From: a virus
Strand: one strand, 5' to 3'
Virus record (IMG/VR): IMGVR_UViG_3300022602_000028
DNA: 64,000 nucleotides
Part shown: positions 18,501 through 28,300 of the stretch, piece by piece
Layout: every line of letters starts with the position of its first letter
Numbering within the stretch: position 1 is the first letter of the stretch
The notes under the pieces: model-generated
The model's database searches: none
The model's input: the letters and a program-made list of their open reading frames with translations, nothing else
Told to the model about the DNA's origin: nothing
Program-made: the position numbers and the translations under genes

Positions 18501-20040
18501 TAACTACAAATTTGTTCATCGTTTGCGTAATAACAACTTAAACAACGAAGGCTGGATGCGTACTGGTAACATGCCTGTTCGTTATGAAGTGCAAAACGAA
18601 GGTGCAAGAAGTTATATAGTAGGCGCTGGTATGGGAAGCGGTGATCTTACAATGAGCCTATGGGATACTACATTTTTCCCAGTACCTGCTAGCGGATATA
18701 CACAATCAGTATATGTAGATAATGAAATTATCACTTATACTAATAAAACAAATGCGTATGCAACTGCCACTACTAGCGTTGGAAGTTTAGTTATTTTATC
18801 TAATACAACTAACATGGTTGCCAATCAGCCAATTGTATTCAACAATTCACAAGGCCTTGGCTTAGGTAATATTGCAACCGGTACAACATATTATGTATTA
18901 GGTGCTCCAACAGTATTCACTGGTACAATCTTAGGTGTTACTTATACCAATGCTCCAGCTATTCAAATTTCTACTATAGCAGGATCAGGATTAGTAACGC
19001 AAGCAAATGCAGTAGCTACAACACAATTTAATGGATTGCAAACTACTGGTTCATTGTTAGGTTGTAGTAGAGCACAAACTACTACATTATGGGCAACTGG
19101 TGGATATCGTACATTTGGTGCTGGTTCAGCAACAGCTCATGCGGCTAATACTGGTGTCATCTTAGTTGCTCCTACGGCAAGTCCTGTTGTAAGCCATTGG
19201 GGTGCCGCGTTTGTACAAGACGGCGGATTTGATACAGATCGTTCATATATTTTCAGTTATCAATCACCTAACATTACAATTACAACTAAGAAAACTTGTG
19301 CGTTTGCTGTGCGTCAAGCACCTAGCGTAAGTAATGCGCTAACAGGTGATTTAGGCTTACGCGAATTGATTAATCGTGCTAGTTTCTTATTACAAGCGCT
19401 GGATATTACAGCGGGTACTGGTGGTGCTAACGCGGCGTTGGTTATTGAAGGTGTTATTAATCCAAGTAACTATCCAACTGATTTAAGTAAGATTCCGTTC
19501 TACAGTTTAAACAGTACTACACTGCCAACAGGACAACCGAGTTTCAGTCAAGTTGCTCCAGGTGCAGGCATTACGTTTGCTAACTCAGCTACTAATATTA
19601 CTACAGTAACTAATACTGGTATTAATACTATTGGTGGCACATCATTTACTGTTTCTAATACTAATGGTATCCGTGTAGGTGATGACGTGTATTGCCCAAC
19701 TGTTACTTCCGCGTTCTTTAGTTTAACTAAAGTAGCGTCTATTAACGGAACTACTATTACTTTAACAACAGGTGTTGCGGCAGCAGTGGCAAGCAGTACT
19801 GTAATTTACTTCTCACGTAATACAGCGGCTACACCAGGCGAAACAATTTTCTCATTCATTGGTTCTCCGGCTAACAAAGACTCGTTGGATCTTTCATTAT
19901 TGAAAGAATTGACTAATACACCAATCGGTGGTCGCGGATGTTACCCAAATGGTCCAGACGTATTGTTTATTAACGTTTACATTACACAAGGTACTGTTAT
20001 TGCTAACTTGGTTCTACGTTGGGGCGAAGCGCAAGCGTAA
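15520..20040 (+). CDS. 1506-aa virion structural protein (tail fibre/baseplate-like)
   Basis: TAAATA and GGAG upstream; repeated HGxxxG..V...GxYxV modules and GTTYYV repeats; Thr/Gly/Ser-rich. Confidence 0.7.
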   Translation: MAKSQIRQYVFTPGAAGVGTIQVPGKVDLQQLLVITNTTRNVILYNFADVTYAGTTVAITRANDITNWFNTLDNTDGITTITLPVSTVGQSSTDTLQIFFEKPELITRPWDMGTDGFERTRVSPPQSMIDADFEYGIQPTKWLTISQERGYPSIYEIPGTDTTVSAIITDASIGTGGAATSQSLITVTTVAAHGLSIGNAITLAGLDSSITGFERAQGSFVVYAVPSATSFTFYAKGKVGYSNGDSLYTVAAQLRLGGFYTGSNINAVINATALATTSSGNYVTLTTTTGMTAGSSIVFNTIRTNAVATNSVTQIITLGTNIGMQPGMPLSFSGTSFGGIATGTTYYVVSIQPGATQDNVSITMSINPSLTPVFIPTVTTTGGNMNVVGGANFGNLVAGTQYYIGTVANSTQVTVSNNVLFTTTINATSAVNNSVSLGTTTNITVGELFTVTSGSTIGNLAQGTYYVVSILDGSNVTISSSSTLSPVFTQTTAYGSMTVSLGQVLALTTVTAGNGYLSAISTGQPTFTYSNTASSPSANFTASLTSGSTGQLVVTAVASGALAIGQGIQTTGQTVPSGCVITAQVSGTAGQAGTYTVNVTNGSVSSTNTFYSVSVAPTITVNTYVNHGFVPGQTINVVVTSDNGTNNHTLAQGPYYVENVTSLTTFTYTARGIGTIQPTTTIIGSLYARVDSFFQHRPFDGGVQLGTGNPAHGLQAIRMSKKYIRYQSGKGINFNTGLLMAPNYFVRSVTANGTAIGSVITIVTDDVDHGCQIGARVSLQGVLTLGFNGTYTVTGIVDERTLQVIAFQTLGAISPTTGASIQDPCLLSFVGWTGATVRSGTYDEQNGVFFEFDGSQAYVVKRASTFQLAGTVSVVAGSGQVIGINSRFATQLVAGDRVVMRGMTHVVTQVVSPTLMYVNPQWRGATSINGIKITKTIDYKIPQSQWNKDRFDGTSSPFNPSGYLMTPSKMQMVGMQWTWYGAGSIDWMMRGDDGNYKFVHRLRNNNLNNEGWMRTGNMPVRYEVQNEGARSYIVGAGMGSGDLTMSLWDTTFFPVPASGYTQSVYVDNEIITYTNKTNAYATATTSVGSLVILSNTTNMVANQPIVFNNSQGLGLGNIATGTTYYVLGAPTVFTGTILGVTYTNAPAIQISTIAGSGLVTQANAVATTQFNGLQTTGSLLGCSRAQTTTLWATGGYRTFGAGSATAHAANTGVILVAPTASPVVSHWGAAFVQDGGFDTDRSYIFSYQSPNITITTKKTCAFAVRQAPSVSNALTGDLGLRELINRASFLLQALDITAGTGGANAALVIEGVINPSNYPTDLSKIPFYSLNSTTLPTGQPSFSQVAPGAGITFANSATNITTVTNTGINTIGGTSFTVSNTNGIRVGDDVYCPTVTSAFFSLTKVASINGTTITLTTGVAAAVASSTVIYFSRNTAATPGETIFSFIGSPANKDSLDLSLLKELTNTPIGGRGCYPNGPDVLFINVYITQGTVIANLVLRWGEAQA

Positions 20041-20060
20041 AAATTGTTCGTTGCAGTAAT

Positions 20061-20088
20061 AAAAAAGCCGCTAAATGCGGCTTTTTTT
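20061..20088. terminator. Bidirectional intrinsic terminator
   Basis: AAAAAAGCCGC-TAAAT-GCGGCTTTTTTT between convergent genes. Confidence 0.85.
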
Positions 20089-20536
20089 ATAAGTTATCTA
20101 CTATATCTATAATAGTTTGTATTTTAGTCTGTATTACTCGATTCCGAAGACTAAGATCTAATCCTTTGTGTATAGGTTTAGGAAAACGTGACAAAGTAAA
20201 CCATCCCCATGCACTATGCTCGTCGCTTAATATAGGAACAAATTCATCTTCTACTACACAAAAATAAGTATGAAAATTAAAAACAGCGTCGTTGCTGGTA
20301 AATTTTTCTAAAGGCAAGGCTTTTTTTATAACGGGTAATGATCCTAATTCTTCTTCAATTTCACGTTGTAGTCCTTGCCATGGATTTTCGTGAGCCAGAT
20401 TAGTGCCGCCTACCAGTCCCCAAGTATCAGCATGTTTACCATGATTTTTTTGTAACAGTAAAAATCGTCGTGTAGATTTGGCACATATTAACGCACCGCT
20501 ACAAATAATTTTATCTGTTATAGTTCTAGTCTCCAT
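20087..20536 (-). CDS. NUDIX hydrolase
   Basis: Nudix box GGTNLAHENPWQGLQREIEEELG. Confidence 0.88.
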   Translation of the reverse strand: METRTITDKIICSGALICAKSTRRFLLLQKNHGKHADTWGLVGGTNLAHENPWQGLQREIEEELGSLPVIKKALPLEKFTSNDAVFNFHTYFCVVEDEFVPILSDEHSAWGWFTLSRFPKPIHKGLDLSLRNRVIQTKIQTIIDIVDNL

Positions 20537-21987
20537 TGCCCGGCCCTATATTCACCTTCAAAGCTCTTAACCCACGAAACGCCGTTCCATAAGTATTGAA
20601 CTCCAGTGTATATATTCGTTTGCCAGATCATAGTAGTAGTTTCTTGAGCACTATGAAATATTACATTCCACTGTGTACCAGTGTATTCGATAATATCATT
20701 AGCTACTGCTACTAATGGTCCCCAAGCACTAGCATATTTTCCATCAGCAATACTTGCGGCATCTCCAATATCTTCGATAATAAGATATCTTGTTCCTGCG
20801 ATTGCCGAACTAGGATTATACGTCAATGGATTAACAATAGCATCAAATGTACCTGGACTGTTTGGTCTGTACCCTGAAGCCGGATTGTAATGAGTAACAT
20901 CTGTATCTAAAAATCCGTTACTATCGATTCCGGTATTTGTTACTAGAGTATCAAGGTCCCAGTTAATCATTAATACTGTAGTATCTACAGGATTCAATGC
21001 AACAGTTCCTGCAATTTCAGTCCCAGTTTCTTGTATTAAATAAATTCTACTACTACCAGCAACATATTGTCCAGGATATTGTGAAAACACTTCTGCCCAA
21101 TCGATTAATGGACCTTGTTTTACACTAATATCTAAACTAGGTTCTCTTGGAATAACACTTTCGCTTTCTCCTAGTATTCTAGCTTGACCATTATATACTT
21201 GGATTCCAAAACTACTTATAGTTGTTACTTGTTGAGTTAATAAGTTAGTTAAAATTATATTGCCTTCTTGCTCTGGATCGGATCCGAGACCTTCAATATA
21301 GCCATACCCGTCTTGAGTCATAGCACCATCATTATAAAAACTAGTAATAATCTTCTTAATAATTCCAAGATGTTTTACCTTAGCTGGAGGACTGATCCAT
21401 ATCGGTGTTTCTACAGTAATAGTAGCTATGTCGATTGGAGTGTCTGTTCCAACTGGCACACTTCTACTACTCCAATTAATATCATTTAAATTTAATACGG
21501 TAAGACTAGTCCAATCTATATAGTTGTCAGTTGTTTGTAATTCTAAACTAGGATTAAACAATACTAGTATTTGTTCAAGTATTTGCAATTTTTGATCTGT
21601 ATTTGCTGACCAAATATCTATTTTCATTTGCAATTCGAATGGAGTAGGCATTATACGTTCAACTGTATAGTTTCTGCCTTGGTTATTTGTGTAAGCTCCA
21701 CTAGCTACATCGCGCTCGCGAATATGTACCTTGCCTACATAAGTTGCATCAGCTAGTCTATTACGATCTAGTTTAAGTTCTTTAACGTATACTGCAATTC
21801 TAGGAACGCTGTTGATTTTATTTTCGCTGTTATTTTTTATAATATTAGCAACTTGACGATCAACATCTCCATACATTACCGGAACTTGATGTAAGGTTCC
21901 ATCGCCATATTTGACTACGAAATTACTAAGTACTCTTATTGTCTGCGTTATATAACGTCTTATTTGGCCATCGTAAAAATGTTGCAT
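20518..21987 (-). CDS. gp15: Tail terminator/sheath stabiliser (T4 gp15-like) with C-terminal extension
   Basis: FYDGQIRRYI...VPVMYG...VPRIAV...MPTPFELQMKIDIW...QILEQILVLFNP. Confidence 0.75.
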   Translation of the reverse strand: MQHFYDGQIRRYITQTIRVLSNFVVKYGDGTLHQVPVMYGDVDRQVANIIKNNSENKINSVPRIAVYVKELKLDRNRLADATYVGKVHIRERDVASGAYTNNQGRNYTVERIMPTPFELQMKIDIWSANTDQKLQILEQILVLFNPSLELQTTDNYIDWTSLTVLNLNDINWSSRSVPVGTDTPIDIATITVETPIWISPPAKVKHLGIIKKIITSFYNDGAMTQDGYGYIEGLGSDPEQEGNIILTNLLTQQVTTISSFGIQVYNGQARILGESESVIPREPSLDISVKQGPLIDWAEVFSQYPGQYVAGSSRIYLIQETGTEIAGTVALNPVDTTVLMINWDLDTLVTNTGIDSNGFLDTDVTHYNPASGYRPNSPGTFDAIVNPLTYNPSSAIAGTRYLIIEDIGDAASIADGKYASAWGPLVAVANDIIEYTGTQWNVIFHSAQETTTMIWQTNIYTGVQYLWNGVSWVKSFEGEYRAGQWRLEL

Positions 21988-23432
21988 TATAAATCTGCCC
22001 TAGGTTTAAGTGCTTGCGATAAACTTTGACGTTGGTCATCTCTGGTGTTATACATAGTAACTACCCAAGTGCCTGCAAATGAAATTGTTTGTTGAGTATT
22101 GTTAATTAACGGTAATGTAATTCGAACATTATTACTAGCTATTCCAGTAACCGGATTAACATATCGATACGAACTTATCATATTAGGATATTCTGCAATG
22201 GAGTATTCCATTGTGTAAGTATCTAACTTTAGTACAATATAATTGCTAGTTGTGTATGCTATTCTAGTATTAACTACACTATCACCAACTGCTAAAATTA
22301 CCTGGTCGCTGGCTATAGCATTGTTGTAAGTATAGTTATTGTTATTAATAAATCCAGTTTTGAGTGTAGATCTTGTATCGTTGTTAGTCATGGTCATTCT
22401 GACAGAATCTTCCATCTTAACCCATCGCACTCCGTCAAATTTAAAAAGTCTATTAGGCATAAAATCAGTTCTTAAAAAGAAATCATCAGTAGCAGGAGAG
22501 CTAGGAAATTGTATACCAAAGCCAAATTCGTAACCATTAACCGGAAATCCATCGCCTAGTAGATAACCACTATAGCCAGTTCTTTGTGGAATAGCATTAA
22601 CACTTGATGAATTAGTGTTTGCATTAATATTGTCAGCGGTAAGATCTGTTTCGTCTGCATTTCTTAATAATGGTTTACCTGTGTCGGGATCTACTGCTAG
22701 TGTATAAAATTGTCTAGTTTCATAACCACTTAACGGAGCATCTGCTTCTGCTTGTGCAACAACTTGGGCATTTATTGCTAGCTCTTGTGTTCGTGTACTT
22801 AACAAATCTCGGAGACTAGTATTTGCTACCGGATCGCCGTTAGCATCAACTGCTGGTTGATTTAATATGTCTGCAAACTGTTGACTGTCTACTACTTTCT
22901 TACATTTTAGTCTGTACAAATGTGGATACCACGTTACGCTAAATCCTTCGGTTGCACGTCCTACATCTTCGATAACATAATACCTGGGTAATGTAAAATC
23001 AAAATCATTAAGCGCAAAATCATCTCGCAAATGTGGCAATTCAAACACATCTCCGCTCATAGGTTTGCGACCAATAGTATTAATAATATCATTAATGTGT
23101 ACAGTCATATAAATTGTATCACTATCAATGAATAATCCAAATTGACTCAAATTAAAATCAATATTTGCCACGTTATAATGACCGCGTAATCTGTAAATTT
23201 CAGTATCGTATTTTCTATCCCGATTTTCTAAGAATAATAAATCTTGGATATTTGTAGGATTCAAAGCACCGTAAACTGGCTGATCCGCAGTTCCTGAAGT
23301 TTTTAGTGCTGGACCCATGTATTTGTGCAAATACACATCAGTGCCTCCAACTTGGAACATTTCGCTGGCTTGACGATCTATAAACTTATAGTCGTTACCC
23401 TTTTCTGGTTTGTATAAAGATAAACGTGGCAT
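21987..23432 (-). CDS. gp14: Neck/head-closure protein (T4 gp14-like)
   Basis: Start moved to ATG 23432 (MPRLSLYKP), 5 nt after TAAATA; LFLENRDRKYD, SQFGLF, GRKPMSGDVFELP motifs. Confidence 0.65.
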   Translation of the reverse strand: MPRLSLYKPEKGNDYKFIDRQASEMFQVGGTDVYLHKYMGPALKTSGTADQPVYGALNPTNIQDLLFLENRDRKYDTEIYRLRGHYNVANIDFNLSQFGLFIDSDTIYMTVHINDIINTIGRKPMSGDVFELPHLRDDFALNDFDFTLPRYYVIEDVGRATEGFSVTWYPHLYRLKCKKVVDSQQFADILNQPAVDANGDPVANTSLRDLLSTRTQELAINAQVVAQAEADAPLSGYETRQFYTLAVDPDTGKPLLRNADETDLTADNINANTNSSSVNAIPQRTGYSGYLLGDGFPVNGYEFGFGIQFPSSPATDDFFLRTDFMPNRLFKFDGVRWVKMEDSVRMTMTNNDTRSTLKTGFINNNNYTYNNAIASDQVILAVGDSVVNTRIAYTTSNYIVLKLDTYTMEYSIAEYPNMISSYRYVNPVTGIASNNVRITLPLINNTQQTISFAGTWVVTMYNTRDDQRQSLSQALKPRADL

Positions 23433-23436
23433 AGTG

Positions 23437-23458
23437 ATATTTATCGTATGATAAATAT
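23437..23458. promoter_or_regulatory. Back-to-back divergent late promoters
   Basis: Perfect inverted repeat ATATTTATC-GTAT-GATAAATAT gives GATAAATAT on both strands between gp14 (-) and gp13 (+). Confidence 0.7.
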
Positions 23459-23473
23459 GTATGGAGAACTTAT

Positions 23474-24259
23474 ATGGACGATCTACCATCATCAACGCAA
23501 TCTGATTCCACAATCGAACGAAATAAAGTGTTTAGCTATGTAAAACAGATGCTAGGCGACGGTATGATTGAAGTAGAATTAGACCCAGTACATTACGAAA
23601 CTGCCCTTGACCGTGCATTAAACCGTTATCGTCAAAAAAGTCCTAATGCTGTTGAAGAAAGTTATAGTTTTCTTGAACTTATTCAGGATCAAAATGAGTA
23701 CAGATTACCAGATGAAATTATTACAGTACGTCAAGTATTTCGCCGTGCGATTGGTAGCCGCACCGGCATGGGCGCTGGTGGTACTTTGTTTGAACCCTTT
23801 AACTTGGCATATACAAATACATATTTGATGTCAGGAAGTATGATGGGCGGTTTAGCTACATACGAACTATTCAGCGGATATCAAAAACTTGTAGGCCGTA
23901 TGTTTGGTAGTTATATAGAATTTCTCTGGAAACCTACCACGCATATATTAAATATTTTACAACGCCCATTTAGTCAAGGCGAACAAATTTTAATTCAAAG
24001 TTATAATTTTAGACCAGATTGGGTATTGTTACAAGATATCTATGCCAAACAATGGCTTAAAGATTATACTCTAGCAGTTTGTAAACAAATGTTAGGCGAA
24101 GCACGTAGCAAGTTTGGAGCCATTGCAGGCCCAGGCTCTCCAATTACTTTAAATGGTACTGCATTGTTAGGAGCCGCTAAAGAAGAATTAGTTGCTTTAG
24201 ATAAAGAATTGGACACATACGTAGCTGGCGGATCTGGCTATTACTTTGTATTAGGTTAA
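23474..24259 (+). CDS. gp13: Neck protein (T4 gp13-like)
   Basis: LGDGMIEVELD; QWLKDYTLAVCKQMLGEARSKF...GPG..ITLNG. Confidence 0.8.
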   Translation: MDDLPSSTQSDSTIERNKVFSYVKQMLGDGMIEVELDPVHYETALDRALNRYRQKSPNAVEESYSFLELIQDQNEYRLPDEIITVRQVFRRAIGSRTGMGAGGTLFEPFNLAYTNTYLMSGSMMGGLATYELFSGYQKLVGRMFGSYIEFLWKPTTHILNILQRPFSQGEQILIQSYNFRPDWVLLQDIYAKQWLKDYTLAVCKQMLGEARSKFGAIAGPGSPITLNGTALLGAAKEELVALDKELDTYVAGGSGYYFVLG

Positions 24260-24267
24260 GAAATTTC

Positions 24268-24296
24268 TTGACCTTGTAATAAAACTGTTATATACT
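24268..24296 (+). promoter_or_regulatory. sigma70-type promoter
   Basis: TTGACC-17nt-TATACT upstream of the dNMP kinase. Confidence 0.7.
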
Positions 24297-24317
24297 AGAG
24301 CTAACTTAGGGGGCTCT

Positions 24318-24953
24318 ATGATTATAGGTGTGTGCGGTTTTATTGGTTCAGGCAAAGATACTATTGCAGATTATCTTACTAACTTTCACGGTTTTCGTCG
24401 AGAATCGTTTGCAAATAGTCTTAAAGATGCAGTAGCACAAGTGTTTGGTTGGGACCGAACTATGCTAGAAGGACGCACAAAACAAGCCCGTGAATGGCGC
24501 GAACAAGTAGATCCTTGGTGGGCAGAACGTTTAAATATGCCCGATCTAACACCTCGATGGGTATTACAATACTGGGGCACTGAAGTTTGTCGTAAGGCTT
24601 TCCATGACGATATTTGGATTGCTAGTTTGGAAAATAAACTACGCAACAGCAAAGATGACATTGTTATTAGTGACTGCCGTTTTCCTAATGAAATTAAATC
24701 AATCAAAGATGCTGGAGGAATAGTTATTCGTGTTGTACGTGGCCCAGAACCCGACTGGTATCGAGATGCCGCAGATATGAATGCTGGTGATAAATGCATG
24801 AATTATATGCTGGCTAAAACTCGTATGCAAAAATTAGGTATTCATGCTAGCGAAACAGCATGGGTAGGAACAAAATTTGATTATGTGTTTGCCAACAATG
24901 GCAGTATAGATGATTTATATGATCAAGTAAAACAACTTATAAGTCCGGAATAA
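24318..24953 (+). CDS. Deoxynucleoside monophosphate kinase (T4 gp1-like)
   Basis: P-loop GFIGSGKDT; RWVLQYWGTEVCR; VISDCRFPNE. Confidence 0.88.
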   Translation: MIIGVCGFIGSGKDTIADYLTNFHGFRRESFANSLKDAVAQVFGWDRTMLEGRTKQAREWREQVDPWWAERLNMPDLTPRWVLQYWGTEVCRKAFHDDIWIASLENKLRNSKDDIVISDCRFPNEIKSIKDAGGIVIRVVRGPEPDWYRDAADMNAGDKCMNYMLAKTRMQKLGIHASETAWVGTKFDYVFANNGSIDDLYDQVKQLISPE

Positions 24954-25263
24954 GATCCCCCTGTTTCCATCTAATTCCTTCTTTATGCAATACCCTGGCA
25001 CAATTAGCGCATACTGTTTTTAAATTTGCCGGTCGACAATTATTAAGATCTCCATCTACATGAAATGGAGCAAATATTTCTTTATGCGGACTCTTGTATC
25101 CGCATTTATCGCATGTATTTTTAACAACATAACCGGCACGTTTCCACCTAGGTTCTTTAACTCCTCGGGAACATAGCCCGCACTGACTTCTATAAAAAGC
25201 CTGTCCGTTTTTATAATAGTTAATCGATAACGGTGCTCTACCGCAAGAACATAGTGGTCTCAT
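24937..25263 (-). CDS. Zn-binding, degenerate HNH-like protein
   Basis: Four CxxC-type pairs; FHVDGDLNNCRPANLKTVCANC, with Ala at the position of the final His. Confidence 0.6.
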   Translation of the reverse strand: MRPLCSCGRAPLSINYYKNGQAFYRSQCGLCSRGVKEPRWKRAGYVVKNTCDKCGYKSPHKEIFAPFHVDGDLNNCRPANLKTVCANCARVLHKEGIRWKQGDLIPDL

Positions 25264-25367
25264 ATTCTATTTAAGCCTTTTTACGACCTTTTCATAGCTT
25301 ATAACTGAGCCAAAAAAGCAAAATGCCATAAATACATTAACAACATGTATTCATGGAGATCATATAA

Positions 25368-28300
25368 ATGGCAACATTAAATTCACCAGGCGTAAGCGTA
25401 ACAGTAGTAGATGAATCATTCTACACCCCAGCGGCAGCTGGCACTGTACCGTTATTCATTGTAGCGTCTGAACAAGATAAACAAAACGGTGCTGGAACAG
25501 GAATTGCACCTGGAACCCAACAAGCAAACGCTGGAACAGTATATTTACTAACTAGCCAAAAAGATTTATCGGATACATTTGGTATTCCGACATTTAAAAC
25601 AGATGCACAAAACAATCCTATTCACGCTGGTGAGCAAAATGAATATGGTTTGGAAGCCGCATACAGTTTTTTAGGTGTAAGCAATCGTGCGTATGTAGTA
25701 CGTGCTGATGTAGATTTAGATAGCCTAACAGGCACAACAACTGCACCATACGGCGAGCCATCCGATGGAACATATTGGTTTGATACAACAGATACTAAAT
25801 TCGGTGTTTTTCAATGGAATGCCGCTCCAGCTACAACAACTGGTGGTCAAACATTTACTGAACAACAAAGTTTGAATAATTTGGCTGTAATTACAGACAC
25901 TACTAAAGTAGATACAGCAGGCTCACTTGGACTTGCCGGAGCTCCATTACCAAGTATTGGACAGTTAGGCGATTACGTAATCGTTGCAACAACTACATTA
26001 AACAAATTATGGTTTAAAAAATATGCAAACTCAACACCTGGCGGTACATGGGTTGAAGTAGGATCTCCAGCATGGGCCGCAAGTTGGCCTGCGGCAACTG
26101 GTACGATTGCTACTGGTTCTATTACTTTACTAACTGGCGATGCGTTAGTAATCAATGGTACTAGTATTACTAGTGTAACAACATTAACTGCTTTAATTAC
26201 TGCAATTAATTCTAATAGTACATTAACTGCGGCGGGAATTACAGCTTCAAACATTAATGGCTATTTAAATTTATTTACTAACGGTACAAACACAAATAAT
26301 GCTTCTTATACTGGTGCTATTACACTTAGCGGATCTACAGTAGCTAAAGTTGGATTAAACTCAACAATTTATTTGGCTCCTCAATTACAATTAAGTCCAC
26401 ATACTAGTGTTCCGTTATTTAAAATTACTGATAACCAATCAACTAATAACGGTGCTCCAACTGGTTCAGTTTGGATCAAGACTACTAGTGCAGATTACGG
26501 TGCAGATTGGATTATCAAAAAATATTCTGCTAGTACAAACACATGGTCTAGCCTAACTACTCAACTAGCCTTAAGTGGAAGCCATGCAATTTATGCCTAC
26601 GACCCAACAGGTGGTGGAATTAATTTAGCTATTGGTCAAGTTTACGTAAAATACAACGATGACGAAGGCGTTCCAGCATTAGGTCATTTTAAAATTTATA
26701 TTCGTAGCGCAACTGGTCCAAATACTATTACAAGTAGTTCTATATCATCAAGTACATTTACTGCTGGTGTAAACACATTTTCAGTTAGAGAAAGTGTTGT
26801 AGGCCAAGCGGCATTAGCTACACCTTATATAGTTACACCAACTGCGGCAAGCGGTACAGGTACAGTTGCTACACTAACTGTACCCACTATGTCTACAGCA
26901 TACCTTGTAGGGCAGTATATTACAGTAAGTGGCATGGTTCCAGCTGGATATAATGGTACTTATGTAGTAACAGCATCTACTACAACTAGTGTTAGCTATG
27001 CGAACACTACTACAGGTTCATTAACAACTATTGGACAAATTAATAGCGGAGTGCTTGTTTCATTCACAGCAACTGGCGCAACTACTGATGCGGCATTAAT
27101 GTCGGCTGCTTTTAACGCCGCAATGCCAGCAGGTACAAATTTAATTGCTAGTGTTTCTAATTCAAATCAACTAGTAATTACACACGGATTAGGAGGTGAG
27201 ATTAGATTCAATGATGGTGCTAATACACCAATTGGAAAAATCTTTACTCCACTAAGTAATGGTGTAGGCACAACTAATTTCTATGCTAATCCAAATGCTA
27301 ATTTAACAACACAGTATGTTGCTAGTTTATGGAGTCCAGTGAACAGTGCAGGTACAGCAGTAGCTCCTGCTAGTGCAAGTGCTCCTACAACAACTCCAGT
27401 TAATGGTACAATATGGTACAATAATTACATCGATGATGTAGATGTTTTAGTTAATAATGGATCAAGTTGGGTAGGTTATTTAACAGTTGCTGGTAAAGCA
27501 GTAAATCAATTGTATGGTTCAAGCACAACAGATCCAAACGGCCCAATTGTTAGTGCCAGTCAGCCAACAGTACAAAGCGACGGCACTCCATTAGCCCACG
27601 GTGATTTGTGGATTGATACAAGTGATTTAGAAAATTATCCATTAATTTACAAGTATAACTACTTGACTAAGAAATGGTTATTGATTAGTAATGCAGATCA
27701 TACTAGTGAAAATGGTGTTATATTTGCAGATGCTCGTTGGAGTACAGATGGCGGTGTTGCTAATGGCAATACACCTAGTGCTATCGTAGATTTGTTAAAC
27801 AGCAGTTTTGTAGATTTTGACGCACCAGATCCTACACTATATCCAAAAGGAATGTTATTGTGGAATCTACGTCGTAGCGGATTTAATGTATTAGAATATG
27901 TAACAAATTATGTAGATGTTAATGCACGTAATCCACGTCAGTCTAATTCTCCAATGACTACTTATTATCCAAATCGTTGGGTAACACATGCCGCTAATCA
28001 AGTTAACGGTTCCGGAGCATTTGGTCGCAAAGCAGTTCGCGAAGTAGTATTGGCTGCGTTGAACGCAACAATCCAAGGTAATCAACAAATTCGTGACGAA
28101 GAATCACGTGTGTTTAACTTGATTGCTTGCCCTGGTTATCCAGAAACAATTAGCGAACTAGTAGGATTAAATGCAGACCGTGGTTATACAGCATTTGTAG
28201 TCGGCGATAGCCCTGCACGTTTAACACCAGATGCTACAAGTTTAAGCAACTGGGGTAACAACGTAAACAATGCAGTAGTAGATGGCGACCAAGGTTTAAT

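Noticed and set aside
23461-23505. Short upstream ORF starting at ATG 23461 right after the gp13 late promoter
   Set aside because: The ATG overlaps the GGAG SD of gp13 and its 3-nt spacing differs from the 4-5 nt pattern; most likely coincidental.
23433-23513. N-terminal extensions given by the ORF track for gp14, 4107, 57257, 58333, 62650 and 62904
   Set aside because: The extensions run through promoters or SDs of the true starts; downstream ATGs fit SD or promoter geometry and paralog alignment better.
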